From Eledone cirrhosa (taxonomy: Eukaryota): a stretch of 64,000 nt of DNA. Made by a program: the position numbers and the translations under genes. Below are positions 52,089 to 64,000 of this stretch, one piece after another (positions within the stretch are counted from its first letter, which is position 1; every line of letters begins with the position of its first letter). Location: assembly GCA_964016885.1 (NCBI GenBank), contig OZ024742.1, forward strand, positions 297,166,001 through 297,230,000, written 5' to 3'. Under the pieces are notes generated by a model, which saw only the letters and a list, made by a program, of their open reading frames with translations, was not told the origin of the DNA and searched no databases.

Positions 52089-52511
52089 AACTGTAGAAAT
52101 AAGGCAAACTGTCCATTAAAAGGAAATTGCCTTGTTAATAACATAGTATATAAATGTAAAGTTAACACTAAGGACTCAATTTATTCATATATAGGAGCTA
52201 CCTCTAACAAATTTAAGGTAAGATTTAATACCCACAAACATAGTTTTAAAAATGCCGCACTAGCTAATACAACATCTCTAGCTGAAATAATTAATAGTTA
52301 TAGAAATAGGAATATAGAATATGACCTGACCTGGAGTGTGCTCAAAAAGGCCACCCCTTATCAAAATAGTAGATATGAATGTAGATTATGTTCCCAAGAA
52401 CTTTTTGAAATAATGAAATCTAAGGATATCCTATTAAATAAGCGACAGGAATTAATAATATCGTGTAATCATAAACTGAGAAAAACCTTTAAATATTATA
52501 AACCTAATTAA
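52089..52511 (+). pseudogene. Penelope-like GIY-YIG endonuclease C-terminal reading frame (5'-truncated, stop-free, absent from the ORF track)
   Basis: NCRNKANCPLKGNCLVNNIVYKCKV...YIGATSNKFKVRFNTHKHSF...WSVLKKATPY...CRLCSQELFEI...LLNKRQELIISCNHK...KPN*. Confidence 0.9.
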
Positions 52512-52808
52512 TATACACTTTAGAAATTTATATATAAACTATTTTTAATTTAGTTAACCTATAATTAATATTCTACTACTGATGAACTACATAATTTTGC
52601 TTTCCTTCTTACAAATATCATTTCCTAAAACTGATACCATTAAGTAAACATATATAATGCTTTAACTTCAGGTTATGACTCTATGTTCCTTGAAAACTAT
52701 ATATATTTATTATTTCTCACTAATAAATTTAATCCCCCCCCCCAATAATTATATGTATATGTAAGTGTATATGTGTGTGTATATATGTGTGTATGTATGT
52801 ATATATGC

Positions 52809-52852
<44 letters not shown>

Positions 52853-53555
52853 TTTATATTCTTTTAATTTCCCCTTATCTTTAAAAGCACTTTTCAACTG
52901 CAACCAACTCTTATTTATCATATCTATATGTATTAGTATAATTTTATCAATATAAATATACCCATCAATTAAATTAATTTATATTCTTTTCATAGGTGTA
53001 TTTTTTTCACTAACATTCTTATCTTAAAACTTTAGTCACCTTAGATATTTGTATTGGCATTACTATTTTATAACATCAACTGCTTGTATACCTTTTACTG
53101 ACCACCTGACCTATTTTCACCCCTAAAATAAGCTTCAATTACTACTATTTTACCATTTGACCAATTATTAACTTTCTATTGGTTAATTCTAAACCTCTTA
53201 CCAAACAGACAGAATATATTAGATCTTTGTTGGTTTTATTCAATGAACAAATAAAATTATTTCTGAGGTCAGCATAAGACCTATTTCTTCCCTAAAATAA
53301 TCCTTCATTCATAATATTCTTTTCCATCCAAAACTGAAATCTACCTTCCTCTACCCATAATTTAAGGTTCTTCTACTACTATATTACTATCTTGAGCCTC
53401 ACTATCTCTCTATTGGTCAATTCAAAACCTGTTCCCAAACAGACCTATTGTATTGAATCTTTGTTTTTTTTTCAATAAACAAATATCGGCGTCGATAAAA
53501 TAAAGTACCAGTAATATGCTGGGTAATTGCTGGCCTTGTGTCTAAAGTAGAAACA

Positions 53556-53693
53556 ATTATTTCTGAAGACAGCATATATATGTGTAGGTATGTATATTCC
53601 CTCTGATAGTTTGTATAAATATTGTACATAGATCTATAGAATATGCATACCAACTCTAACACATATATATCCTAGAAACGATCGTAAAATGAT
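53556..53693 (+). ncRNA. Type I hammerhead with ~105-nt extended stem II
   Basis: AUUAUUU-CUGAAGA-[atatatatgtgt/acacatatatat and ggtatgtatattc/gaatatgcatacc helices]-GAAA-CGAUCG-UA/AAAUGAU; two mismatches at the base of stem II. Confidence 0.7.
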
Positions 53694-53744
53694 GAATTTT
53701 TTGAATATAAGGAACTGTCTCTTTGTTTATTCATTATTTTATTA

Positions 53745-53816
<72 letters not shown>

Positions 53817-53848
53817 TCATCATATATATATAATGTTTAATATAGATG

Positions 53849-53899
53849 AGATTCTACAGAACTAGAACTGTTTCATTCTTTAGAAATCATCAGGAATCT
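53849..53899 (-). ncRNA. Type I hammerhead ribozyme (same family as 9016-9068)
   Basis: AGAUUC-CUGAUGA-uUUCuaaaGAAu-GAAA-CAG uucuaguu CUG-UA/GAAUCU. Confidence 0.8.
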
Positions 53900-54285
53900 G
53901 GCTGTCCAAAATAAATGTTGTGGTATTTATATATTTTCAGGTGGTAGGAGAGGGTAGGGAGTGGGATGGGTGGAGGTCATTGGTTGAAAGAAAAAGGAAT
54001 TCATTAAAAGCTAATTCTTTAAGACTATAATTTATATTTAGAGTGACAAAGGCAGAAAGAATTCTATAAACAAGTTCAAATTGTGGTGCCACTCCTTATT
54101 TTTAAGTTTCTCTTAAGCTAACAATGCCTATATTTCAGGTGTCACCAGACACATGCACATACACACATACACACATATGTATATATATATATATATAAAT
54201 ATACACATATACAACATATACAAACACATCTGCACATATACACATATATACACATATACATAAATACATAAATACACATACACAA

Positions 54286-54330
<45 letters not shown>

Positions 54331-54355
54331 CACACATATATATATATACTCACAT

Positions 54356-54403
<48 letters not shown>

Positions 54404-54438
54404 GAAAAGTGTAAGTTTCTACACAAAACGAAGGTTAT

Positions 54439-55382
54439 AGAGAAATTGAGGTTGGTAATGGCACATGGAATATATAAGAGACAGAATACTTTTTTGTGAA
54501 AAAACATATAATTTTATAAGGTAAGGAAAGAATAAAGGGTATAAAAAATGACCGGTTTCGATGGGTCTGCAAAAGCCATCTTTTCAAATGTTGATTAATA
54601 TTAAGAAAAATTAATAATAAGAAGAGTTAAAATTTGAGATTTGAAAATTCAAGTATAAAGTACAGTGTGGGATTTCATAGTAGTTTTCATCTTGGTAGCA
54701 GCAAGTTGACTGCTGTGTGTCCCTTTCTGGTAGTGAATGAGGAATTATTTGTGGGGAGTGGTTTTTTTTAAGGTCAGATTTAGCAGTGGCCAGATGGCCA
54801 GCTGCTGGTCAGTGAGGGGGTGGAAGCAATATACATACATATATCTCCATGTGGTCGGTAGGAGAGGGGAGAGTGATAGAAAGGGATTTAGTGCACTTAC
54901 ACCTATATATACACATGTATATAAGGTGTAAGTGCACTAAATCCCTTTCTATCACTCTACCCTCTCCTACCGACCACATGGAGATATATGTATGTATATT
55001 GCTTCCACCCCCTCACTGACCAGCAGCTGGCCATCTGGCCACTGCTAAATCTGACCTTAAAAAAAACCACTCCCCACAAATAATTCCTCATTCACTACCA
55101 GAAAGGGACACACAGCAGTCAACTTGCTGCTACCAAGATGAAAACTACTATGAAATCCCACACTGTACTTTATACTTGAATTTTCAAATCTCAAATTTTA
55201 ACTCTTCTTATTATTAATTTTTCTTAATATTAATCAACATTTGAAAAGATGGCTTTTGCAGACCCATCGAAACCGGTCATTTTTTATACCCTTTATTCTT
55301 TCCTTACCTTATAAAATTATATGTTTTTTCACAAAAAAGTATTCTGTCTCTTATATATTCCATGTGCCATTACCAACCTCAA

Positions 55383-55390
<8 letters not shown>
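54439..55390. repeat. ~950-bp near-perfect palindrome (two ~465-bp arms)
   Basis: 54439-54904 is the reverse complement of ~54924-55390 with very few differences. The centre is acctatatatacacatgtatataaggt. Confidence 0.95.
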
Positions 55391-55463
<73 letters not shown>

Positions 55464-55503
55464 TTTTGCGAGGTTTTTTATATGAAATCGTGTGTCGAAA
55501 CAA

Positions 55504-55636
55504 ATATTGTTATACTTGGGGAGGGTCATATTTGTGTAATATAGCCAGAATTAATAACATAACACACTCACTGTTTGGTTGGTTTTAGCTTCTGGCAATA
55601 TTACACAAATATGACCCTCTGCAAGCATAACAATAT
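55504..55636. mobile_element. Small TIR element (~47-bp inverted termini), related sequence at 9120-9220
   Basis: atattgttatacttggggagggtcatatttgtgtaatatagccagaa ... ttctggcaatattacacaaatatgaccctctgcaagcataacaatat. Confidence 0.7.
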
Positions 55637-55639
55637 ATA

Positions 55640-58600
55640 TATATTTATTAAAATAACAGATTAAAGTTTAAGAAAAGAATCGGTGCTTTCACCCTTAACG
55701 GGTTCTTAATAATAATAAATTTGAAGACTAAAATCCAAAGAGGGCTCGATAAGGATAAATATATATCAAATATATAAGAACCGTAGAGCAAATATTTATT
55801 AAAATAACAGATTAAAGTTTAAGCAAAGAATTGGCGCTTTCACCCTTAACGGGATCTTCTGAAACGAACAAAGTCAATCTGTGAACGCAGTAGTGGATAT
55901 TTAAAAAACGTTGCAACCGATGGAAGACAGGAAGACGATACTTTGGTTCGTGGAAACGTTCCCTGGCAAAGAACGGGAAAAAAACGAATATAATACGTCA
56001 TTATTTGGAGCGGTGAAAAACAATTACACGCAAAGACAAAACCGCGTTAATGGTATAAAAGAAGTCGTAGACCAATATTCTATTAGGTGGTTCATAGAGA
56101 CGTTCTCTGACAATGAACGGGAAAAAACGAAGATAATACGTCATATGTGGAGCGGGGAGAACAATTGCACGCAAAGACAAAACCACGTAAATGGTATAAC
56201 TGAAGTCGTAGACTAAAATTCTAACTAGGAAACCGAATGATTCTCGGCTTCAGAGTTAAGAATAACGTAAATAAAATACAGAGGTCATTGAAATTAAATA
56301 AATACATACTCGAATCCATATACGTACATACACAAGCATACGCGAAAACACTCGCCATATGTATACAAATACACGCACGTACACAAAAAAGAAAAAAAAC
56401 CCGAATGCACATACAAAACCCACGCAGCGCCTGTACCCGCACGCATACGAATGTATACACCAAATACACATAAAAATATATAAAAAAAAGAATATATATA
56501 TATGTGTGTGTGCGTCTATACATATAATTAAATAAACGTATATAAATAAATACGTATATAACAAGCGCACACACATACCTACATGTAAATACACATATGT
56601 TCGGAGACGTACGTCTACCAAAATACAAAGTACACATATACACACACCCTACATACGTACGAACCTGCATATTCATACAGACGCAAAACTCACGTATACA
56701 CATAACCTAAAGCAAATGTACCAGAATATATAATATATAGGCTATAACATATACAATCAAATATACGTACGAGAAAGTATACGTACCTTCACAAAACATA
56801 CAGGTAATATATACTTACCTATAAAAATAAGTAATGGTATAAACATAACATATACATATCTACCATATAAAGACGTAAAATATCCGCGTATAGTTCGTAC
56901 TATCCGTTAGGGTATAATGTGGGGCTGTAATACAGGAAAATGTTGTGCAATTTATGTTTACAAGCCGGAATTGCCTCAGATTTTTTGTTTAAGATGTGGT
57001 CTTTGGCGTAGAGTATTTCCAGGGCCTCAGCGGCGCAGGGGTCACATGGTCTTTTATTTCCGTTATACGATCTAGCCCCAGCTAGGATCTCCCAGTGTAA
57101 CTTATATTGGGTGTGGTTGTCTTTTAGTCTCCAGATGTAAGCTGAAAGTGACGTCATATTCCTTCTTAAAGGGTTACGAAAAGAATGGGTATGCATGTAA
57201 AGACGCTGCTTGACTCTATTGGCGGTTAACCCTATGTAGGCCCTACGGGACGTGGGTGTTTCAACCTTACATTTGTAGACAATGTTACTAGAGAGGCATT
57301 TCCCGGATAAAGGGCAGTCAACCCGATTCCTACAATTACAGTTAGTACTAACTACAGGGTTGCACATGTTCCTACAGCTAGGTAGTTTAGCTAAATTTGA
57401 AGCTGTGATGTTATGTGCAAGGTTAGGATTCGTAGAGTAAGACATTTTAATAGTATTTCTATTAAAAATCTTACTATATATATGTGTTCCATATTATATG
57501 GTAGGTTATACCATATAATGCGTCGGGATCTATTTTTTCTAGGTCTATTCTCGTACTCTGTGTAAGCTACCTTATCGACAAATCCACTCCGAGCAAGAGC
57601 TTCATTGTAATGTGTGGAATCGTCGTTAAAAATATACTCGTTGGTAGATAGACGGGAAAGCCTCTAAGAAACGTTTCTTACCAGGTTCTTGGTTATGCTG
57701 GCAGGATGGTTAGAATGCTTACTTATGTAATTAAGCGTATCATTCGGCTTTCTATACAGGTAATGCAAGTCATTCGATAAATTGAGGGTAACGTCGAGGT
57801 AATTAACGACCGAGAGGATGGCCTCAACCTGTATGGAGAGGTTGAAGCCTTTAAAGAAGGCTGTGAGTTCTTTTCTGAACCTGTCGCAAGCACGTGGACC
57901 GCACTTTGTCATGGTCAAAAGACCATCATCACGGTACAAACCACCGCCCACGTTGGGGAATTCTTCCTTGATAGAGAAAAGAAGGAAAAGGCCAATAAGA
58001 TCAGTAACCTCCACAGAATCTCTAGCGCCCATACTCACGTCGAATGGGGTACTATTAGATTTTTTAATCCAAATAGAGTCGTCGAAATTAATCACCGACT
58101 TACGGGCATTGAGGATGACATGAACTTCGAAATCTTTAACCACTGTGAGTGTTTTAGCGAAATTGATAGCTTTAAGGGGAAGTAGTAAAGTGATGGAGGA
58201 GTAGTAATTATTGATGTCGAATTGGATAAAACGGCATTGTTCCTTGTTGCATATGCCGTTGAACCAATTAATCACCGCGAAAGAATTGTTCCACAGTGCA
58301 AGAGGGGCCAAACTTCTCATTTCAGGTATAATTCTATCAAGAATCCTTTTACTAAGTCTACCTAAATCGGACTTCGTAGAGTTAATAAGCCGAATAGAGG
58401 GGTTGTGCGGAAAATTGGATTTGTGATCCTTCAGCGTAAAGTGGGGAGAAATAGGGTCCAGAGGTTCAGTCCGATCCATGATGTTGAGATCAGAGGTGAT
58501 TTTAAACCGAGCATCGTTGATTTCATTAATGACGCTCCCATTAGTTTTACGGTAATCCTTGGTTACAGCATTATGTAGCAGTTGATGGTAAGTACTGCGC

Positions 58601-60176
58601 TCCACTTGATATAGATTGCCAGTTTTGTCGGAATGGACGTGCACGGAATTAGAATCCTTAATAGAACGAATTCTATTCTTCATGTCCTGCTGGAAGGAAT
58701 TGCTCCTATTCCGAAATTTGATAGTCCGTATGAGTTCCAAGACCTCATTTTCGAAGGGTAGCAATGCTGGGTTACACGGAGGGTTATTATAGGTTTTAAA
58801 CCCAAATTTATCCTGTTTGTTGTATGCTTTTCCCTGATTATCGAAATAAAAGGCACGCCAACGCAACCTTTTAATAAACGCGTCTGTTTTCTGTATCAGC
58901 AGTTTTATGTATGTTTTCGTGCTTGGTACGGGTATGTTCTTTGTAGAAATATTCAGATGTTGTTTCTGCATGATGAATATAAGTCAATAGAGTGCTCAAC
59001 CGAGGGAGCCAAATAGTAATAATAATAAATTTGAAGACTAAAATCCAAAGAGGGCTCGATAAGGATAAATATATATCAAATATATAAGAACCGTAGAGCA
59101 AATATTTATTAAAATAACAGATTAAAGTTTAAGCAAAGAATTGGCGCTTTCACCCTTAACGGGATCTTCTGAAACTAACAAAGTCAATCTGTGAACGCAG
59201 TAGTGGATATTTAAAAAACGTTGCAACCGATGGAAGACAGGAAGACGATACTTTGGTTCGTGGAAACGTTCCCTGGCAAAGAATGAAAAAAAAACGAATA
59301 TAATACGTCATTATTTGGAGCGGTGAAAAACAATTACACGCAAAGACAAAACCACGTTTATGGTATAAAAGAAGTCGCAGACTAATATTCTATTAGGTGG
59401 TTCAATGAACGGAAAAAACGAAGATAATACGTCATATGTAGAGCGAGGAAAACAATTGCACGCAAAGATAAAACCACGTAATTGGTATAACTGAAGTCGT
59501 AGACTAAAGTTCTAACTAGGAAACCGAATGACTCTCGACTTCAGAGTTAAGAATAAAGTAAATAAAATACTGAGGTAATTGAAATTAAATAAATACATAC
59601 ACGCATCCATATACGTACATACACAAACATACGCGAAAACACTCGCCATAGGTATACAAATACACGCACGTACACACAAAAAAGAAAAATCCCGCACGCA
59701 CATACAGAACCCACGCAGCCTCTGAACCCGCACGCATACCAATGTTTACACCAAATACACATAAAAATATATAACAAAAATATGTATATATATATCTGTG
59801 CAATATTAGTCTACGACTTCTTTTATACCATAAACGTGGTTTTGTCTTTGCGTGTAATTGTTTTTCACCGCTCCAAATAATGACGTATTATATTCGTTTT
59901 TTCCCGTTCTTTGTCAGGGAATGTTTCCACGAACCAAAGTATCGTCTTCCTGTCTTCCTCCGGTTGCAATGTTTTTTGAAATATTTACTTCTGCGTTCAT
60001 AGATTGACTTTGATAGTTTCAGAAGATCACGTTAAGGGTGAAAGCAGCGATTCTTTTCTTAAACTTTAATCTGTTATTTTAATAAATGTTTGCTCGACAG
60101 TTCTTATATATTTGATATATATTTATCCTTATCGAGCCCTCTTTGGATTTTAGTCTTCAAATTTATTATTATTACT
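55640..60176 (-). mobile_element. Near full-length Penelope-like element (Naiad-like) with direct pseudo-LTRs and an inverted partial pLTR
   Basis: ~790-bp direct repeats (55707-56500 and 59017-59790) flank an RT-GIY-YIG ORF. 59802-60176 is an inverted copy of 59017-59390. Flanked by (TA)n. Confidence 0.92.
56900..58971 (-). pseudogene. Penelope-like polyprotein: reverse transcriptase + GIY-YIG endonuclease
   Basis: KNIP...IKRLRWRAF, DKTGNLY, FDINNYYSSI, FDVSMG, GLYRDDGL, NYLDVTLNL, SNHP, CNC..CPL.GKC..NIVY, YIGLT, LNKKSE. One TAG at 57664 and a frameshifting deletion between PYNME and HIYSKIFN. Confidence 0.92.
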
Positions 60177-60210
60177 ATATATATATATATACACACATAT
60201 ATATATATAC

Positions 60211-60317
<107 letters not shown>

Positions 60318-60318
60318 G

Positions 60319-60402
<84 letters not shown>

Positions 60403-60714
60403 CATACATACATACATGTACATACACATACACATACATATACACATATATATATACATATACATACATACATACATACATACACACATATATACATATT
60501 ACAAATATATACATATACATATATATATATACATATACACATATATATACATATACATATATATATACACACATATACACATACACACAAATATATACAT
60601 ATATATAAATAAATACACACACACATATATATATACACATACATACACACATACTTATACATACATATACATATATACATACATATACACATATACATAC
60701 ACATATATATACTG

Positions 60715-60942
60715 AGGTTAGCTGGACATGCTCACCGACATCCAGAGTTGACATTGCACTCAGTGCTCCTTTGGGAGCCCCTACATGGACACACTAGAAG
60801 CGGAAGACCAAGGTTAACGTATGTTGATGCCCTAAGGACAGACACTGGTCTGTTGGAGACGCAGGACATGGCAGCGATAATGAGGGACAGAGACCGCTGG
60901 AGAGAACTCGTCCATGGATCTCGGGAATTTTACCCGCCTTAG
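60715..60942 (+). mobile_element. RTE-like LINE extreme 3' fragment
   Basis: [13 protein letters not shown]...VLLWEPLHG...GRPRLTYVD.L..DTGL...MRDRDRWR. Confidence 0.8.
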
Positions 60943-61403
60943 ATATATATATAAAAACATGAGAAGAAAGAAGAATACTGCGTGGTTGCACATGGGTTAC
61001 ATATGATAAAAATAGTCCTTCGTCAGTGATTTTCCAACCATCATTGGTATTTCATCGCATTAAAAATCATATACCTCAGGTTGGTGCGAGCAATAACTAA
61101 AAAATGTTATTGGGACCAGTAAATCGTGTAAAGCGAGGGGGACAAGTAAACAACATAGAAGGATAAAAGCAAACCAAAGATAGGAAAATAAACAAGCAAC
61201 ATGGTTGTCCGGTCAGCATAAGCTGGGTGGATTTCATGAGCGAGAGATGTACAGACCGTCCGACGTGGGTGAGATGTAAGCAAGAAGAGACCCACTACAA
61301 GCCAAACGGGAGGAAGTAAGAAGGGGAGAAACAGAGAGTGAGTGAGTGTAAGTGCGAACAAGAGGTCAGTCGAGAGAAAGTGTAACTGACAGAGGGGGCG
61401 GAC

Positions 61404-61451
<48 letters not shown>

Positions 61452-61769
61452 TGGCTGCCAACTCGTTTTCGAGTACGGCCACTACTTTATATCCATGTAG
61501 GAGAACCCCTACCGATGCGCTGAACGAGTGTGACTTTTGAGTCCAGCCAGCGACTTGAAAACTCTGGTACAAACACTACACTTGTGACAATTATTGACAC
61601 ATAGTGCTGGGCCCATGGTACCATGTGACAAGTGCAGAGAGATCTCCAGATATAAAGCAATGCCTGTGCCATGAAGCTTTTATAGTGAGCAAAGGCATTG
61701 CACAGAGCCAGTCCCACTCTCTTAACCAAGATGATATTTACCAAAAAGTAGAATAAGTCAACATCATTG

Positions 61770-62056
61770 GATACCATCAGTGTTGCAGGTGTTATATCAG
61801 AGTTTTCCTTCTCCTAGAATTCTGCCTTGACAAAGGCTAAGGGGTCATCTCTCCCGGTGATTTTGGATGGCCATTGACTCTTAAGAGCTCCTTTGCCCTT
61901 TGACAGGTTTTGTTTTTAGTCCTGCAGGATGTCCAAAGTCACTCTCCTCACCAAGAAACCTTGGTGGGGTTGCCAGTTTAGTCGCCAACGACCCGACCAT
62001 GAAACAGGTTGTACTGGGATACATGTTACCAGTAGCACCAACTGGTGACCTGACAT
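61770..62056 (-). mobile_element. RTE-type 5' leader / non-autonomous fragment
   Basis: Contains gcctttgtcaaggcagaattctaggagaaggaaaactc, matching the 5' UTR block gcccttgtcagggcattcttctaggagaaggcatctc at ~35103. Confidence 0.65.
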
Positions 62057-62399
62057 AATATATATATATACACAAACAAACATACACATACATGCCCATA
62101 TGGAGATTAATATGAACACACGTACACAGAACGATACGCATACAAACGAACGGCCACTCATACAAATACATACAAACATGTACTCACAAATATATGCATA
62201 TACACAGGCACATAAAAACAGCTCTACAAGCAGAACATGCAGATAGTTAAGAGCTACTTACATAACCAGAGTGCCGTGTTTCAGGTTGAGAAGGAGTAGG
62301 GGTAGCGTAGGAAGGGGGTAGAGAGGCTATTTTGTCGGGTGGCGTTTAAAAAAAAGGGGGGGGGGTCGTTTTTAGCCATCGGGCATTAACACTGGCTTA

Positions 62400-63412
62400 G
62401 GGTATTTGAAAGTTGCAAAGTTTTTGTGCATGCAGTTCGGGCAGTGTTCAGAGAGTTTGTTCAGTAGCGTGCCCTTGGCGAATAATATTTCGTAGCTCTC
62501 TGCGATACAAAGATCGCAGCACTTGTGTCCTCCGTTGTATTAGCGCGCTTTCTGGAGTATTTTCCATTTAAGCGTGAAGGGGGTAGAGTTCCTTTTGAGG
62601 TCCCAAACATAGGAGGTGAGTGTTGTCTGATTTGATTTGTCCGGTCCTCTGAAGGAGTAGGTATGGGCATAAAACCGGGTCTTAAAGTTATTGGATGTCA
62701 TGCCGCTGTAAGACTTTTTGTTGTTGCAATCATCGGTGCCTGAGATGACATCGCATTTGTATACGATATCATTTGTCAGGCATTTGTTTTCAAGTGGGCA
62801 GGCTTCCTTATTTAGGCAATTACACAAGGCCTCAGTCCGGGTGTTGGGTTCGGAGGTGGTTGGCTTATTTAATTTTTTAGAATTGAGATTGGCTATATTC
62901 CTAGCTATTTTCCTAGCTTATTGTATTCTTATTAAAGATCGTGTAGTACCTATGTTGTATGGGGAAGTGTGTGTTCAACAAAGTGAAGAAAATCCTAGCT
63001 ATAGGTGTAGAGACCTCTCTATTGAAGGGAGGGTTGTACCAGCTAATCTGCCTATGCCTATTCCTCCTATGCAATCTTGCGGTGGTTTCTAGGTAGGTTA
63101 TCTTTTCTTTAAATCCGCTGCGGGCGAGGGCGTCATTCTAGTAGGAGGCAGAGGCGTTAAATATGTCTTCATTGGCCGAGAGGCCAGAGATTCTAATAGA
63201 GACGCTTTTTACTAAGTTATCAGTGATGTTTTGGGGGTTGTTAGAATTAACATTAATATATCTAAGGGACTCATTATGTTTGTGGTACGAGTAATAGAAG
63301 AAAGTATCTAGGTCGAGAGTGACATCTCAAAGGTTGGCCCTAGTCATATTAGATTCTATAGTTATACTAAATCCTAGATTAAGGAAGAACGAGCTTAAGT
63401 TTCTCCGAAACT
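62400..63412 (-). pseudogene. 5'-truncated Penelope-like (Naiad-like) RT-thumb + GIY-YIG remnant
   Basis: DVTLDL...YINVNSNNP...ISWYNPPFN...THFP...CNCLNKEACPLENKCLTNDIVYKC...YSGMTSNNFKTRF...WKIL...CDLCIAE...LLNK; several stops. Confidence 0.88.
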
Positions 63413-64000
63413 AGGGATGCCTGAGAGTGTAGATATGTTGTGATGTTGAGAATAGCTGTTATTGAGTGCTAGTGGAAAGGAGGGGACACGGCAGTAGGAG
63501 TGGCCACATTGTACGCCTCAGGTCGGGGCTTCTTCAGCACTGTATAATATATATATATATACACTTGTGTTATAGGGCGTTTCCTAATTGGTAGCTGCGA
63601 TAGTATCACTCAAATTAGCAAAAGCTGGGTGTAATAAGTCAAAAACACTCAACGTCATGTGTATCTTCCACTTTTGATGTGATACCACATGGGTAGCCCA
63701 TGATGAACTTAAAAACATTAATAACAAAATACAAAGGCTAGATATTAATAAGTTCGTTTTTTACATAATTATCCATAATATGTATTTCTGTTTTGCAATG
63801 GTTTCATCATAATACCCTGATGCAATCCATGACAATGTTTTCATATAGCCGCTAAGGTAATCCATGTCTAAGGCACTATAACAGATCTGCATTGGTTGTT
63901 ACTGTAAGACAACTTCCCTAGTGCTGGTGGCACAAATAAAAGCACCCAGTCCATGCTGTAAAATAGAGGGTGGCGAGGTAGCTGGAGTCCAGTAAGACAA

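Larger units (their letters stand above)
52089..53745 (+). mobile_element. 5'-truncated Penelope-like element with long 3' region and hammerhead
   Basis: GIY-YIG remnant, an AT-rich tail with a diverged internal duplication (53175-53280 / 53410-53575), a hammerhead, then (TA)n. Confidence 0.7.

Noticed and set aside
57664-57666. Selenocysteine readthrough in the Naiad-like ORFs
   Set aside because: The stop at 57664 is TAG and the one at 62540 is TAA. The TGA near 63327 replaces the Leu of NFLDVT, not a Cys position. All look like ordinary decay.
63499-63541. Hammerhead-like agtg-CUGAAGA-gcc...ggc...cact on the minus strand
   Set aside because: GAAA and NUH are absent; at best a heavily decayed relic.

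Overview
This is AT-rich eukaryotic, repeat-dominated DNA with dense (TA)n/(CA)n/(CAT)n microsatellites. The SINE and LINE repertoire looks like an octopod cephalopod (inference). I cannot support any host protein-coding gene; the window reads as a large intron or intergenic region. It contains four long decayed RTE-clade LINEs, CR1 fragments, decayed Tc1/mariner elements, Helitron-like elements, piggyBac/hAT-type MITEs and three tRNA-derived SINE families. It also contains three Penelope-like (RT + GIY-YIG) elements, one nearly full length with pseudo-LTRs. The most interesting signal is RNA-level: six intact-looking type I hammerhead ribozymes plus several degenerate ones, mostly inserted into (TA)n. 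The best example is a retrozyme-like array at 13807-14506. Two identical hammerheads 312 nt apart delimit a highly structured non-coding monomer (candidate circRNA), next to an inverted copy that has lost the catalytic core. Other points: a SINE built from parts of two different RTE LINEs present in this window, a PHD-like finger inside the RTE RT region, and many microsatellite-associated fold-back palindromes. Coordinates were read by eye, and boundaries of decayed elements are approximate.
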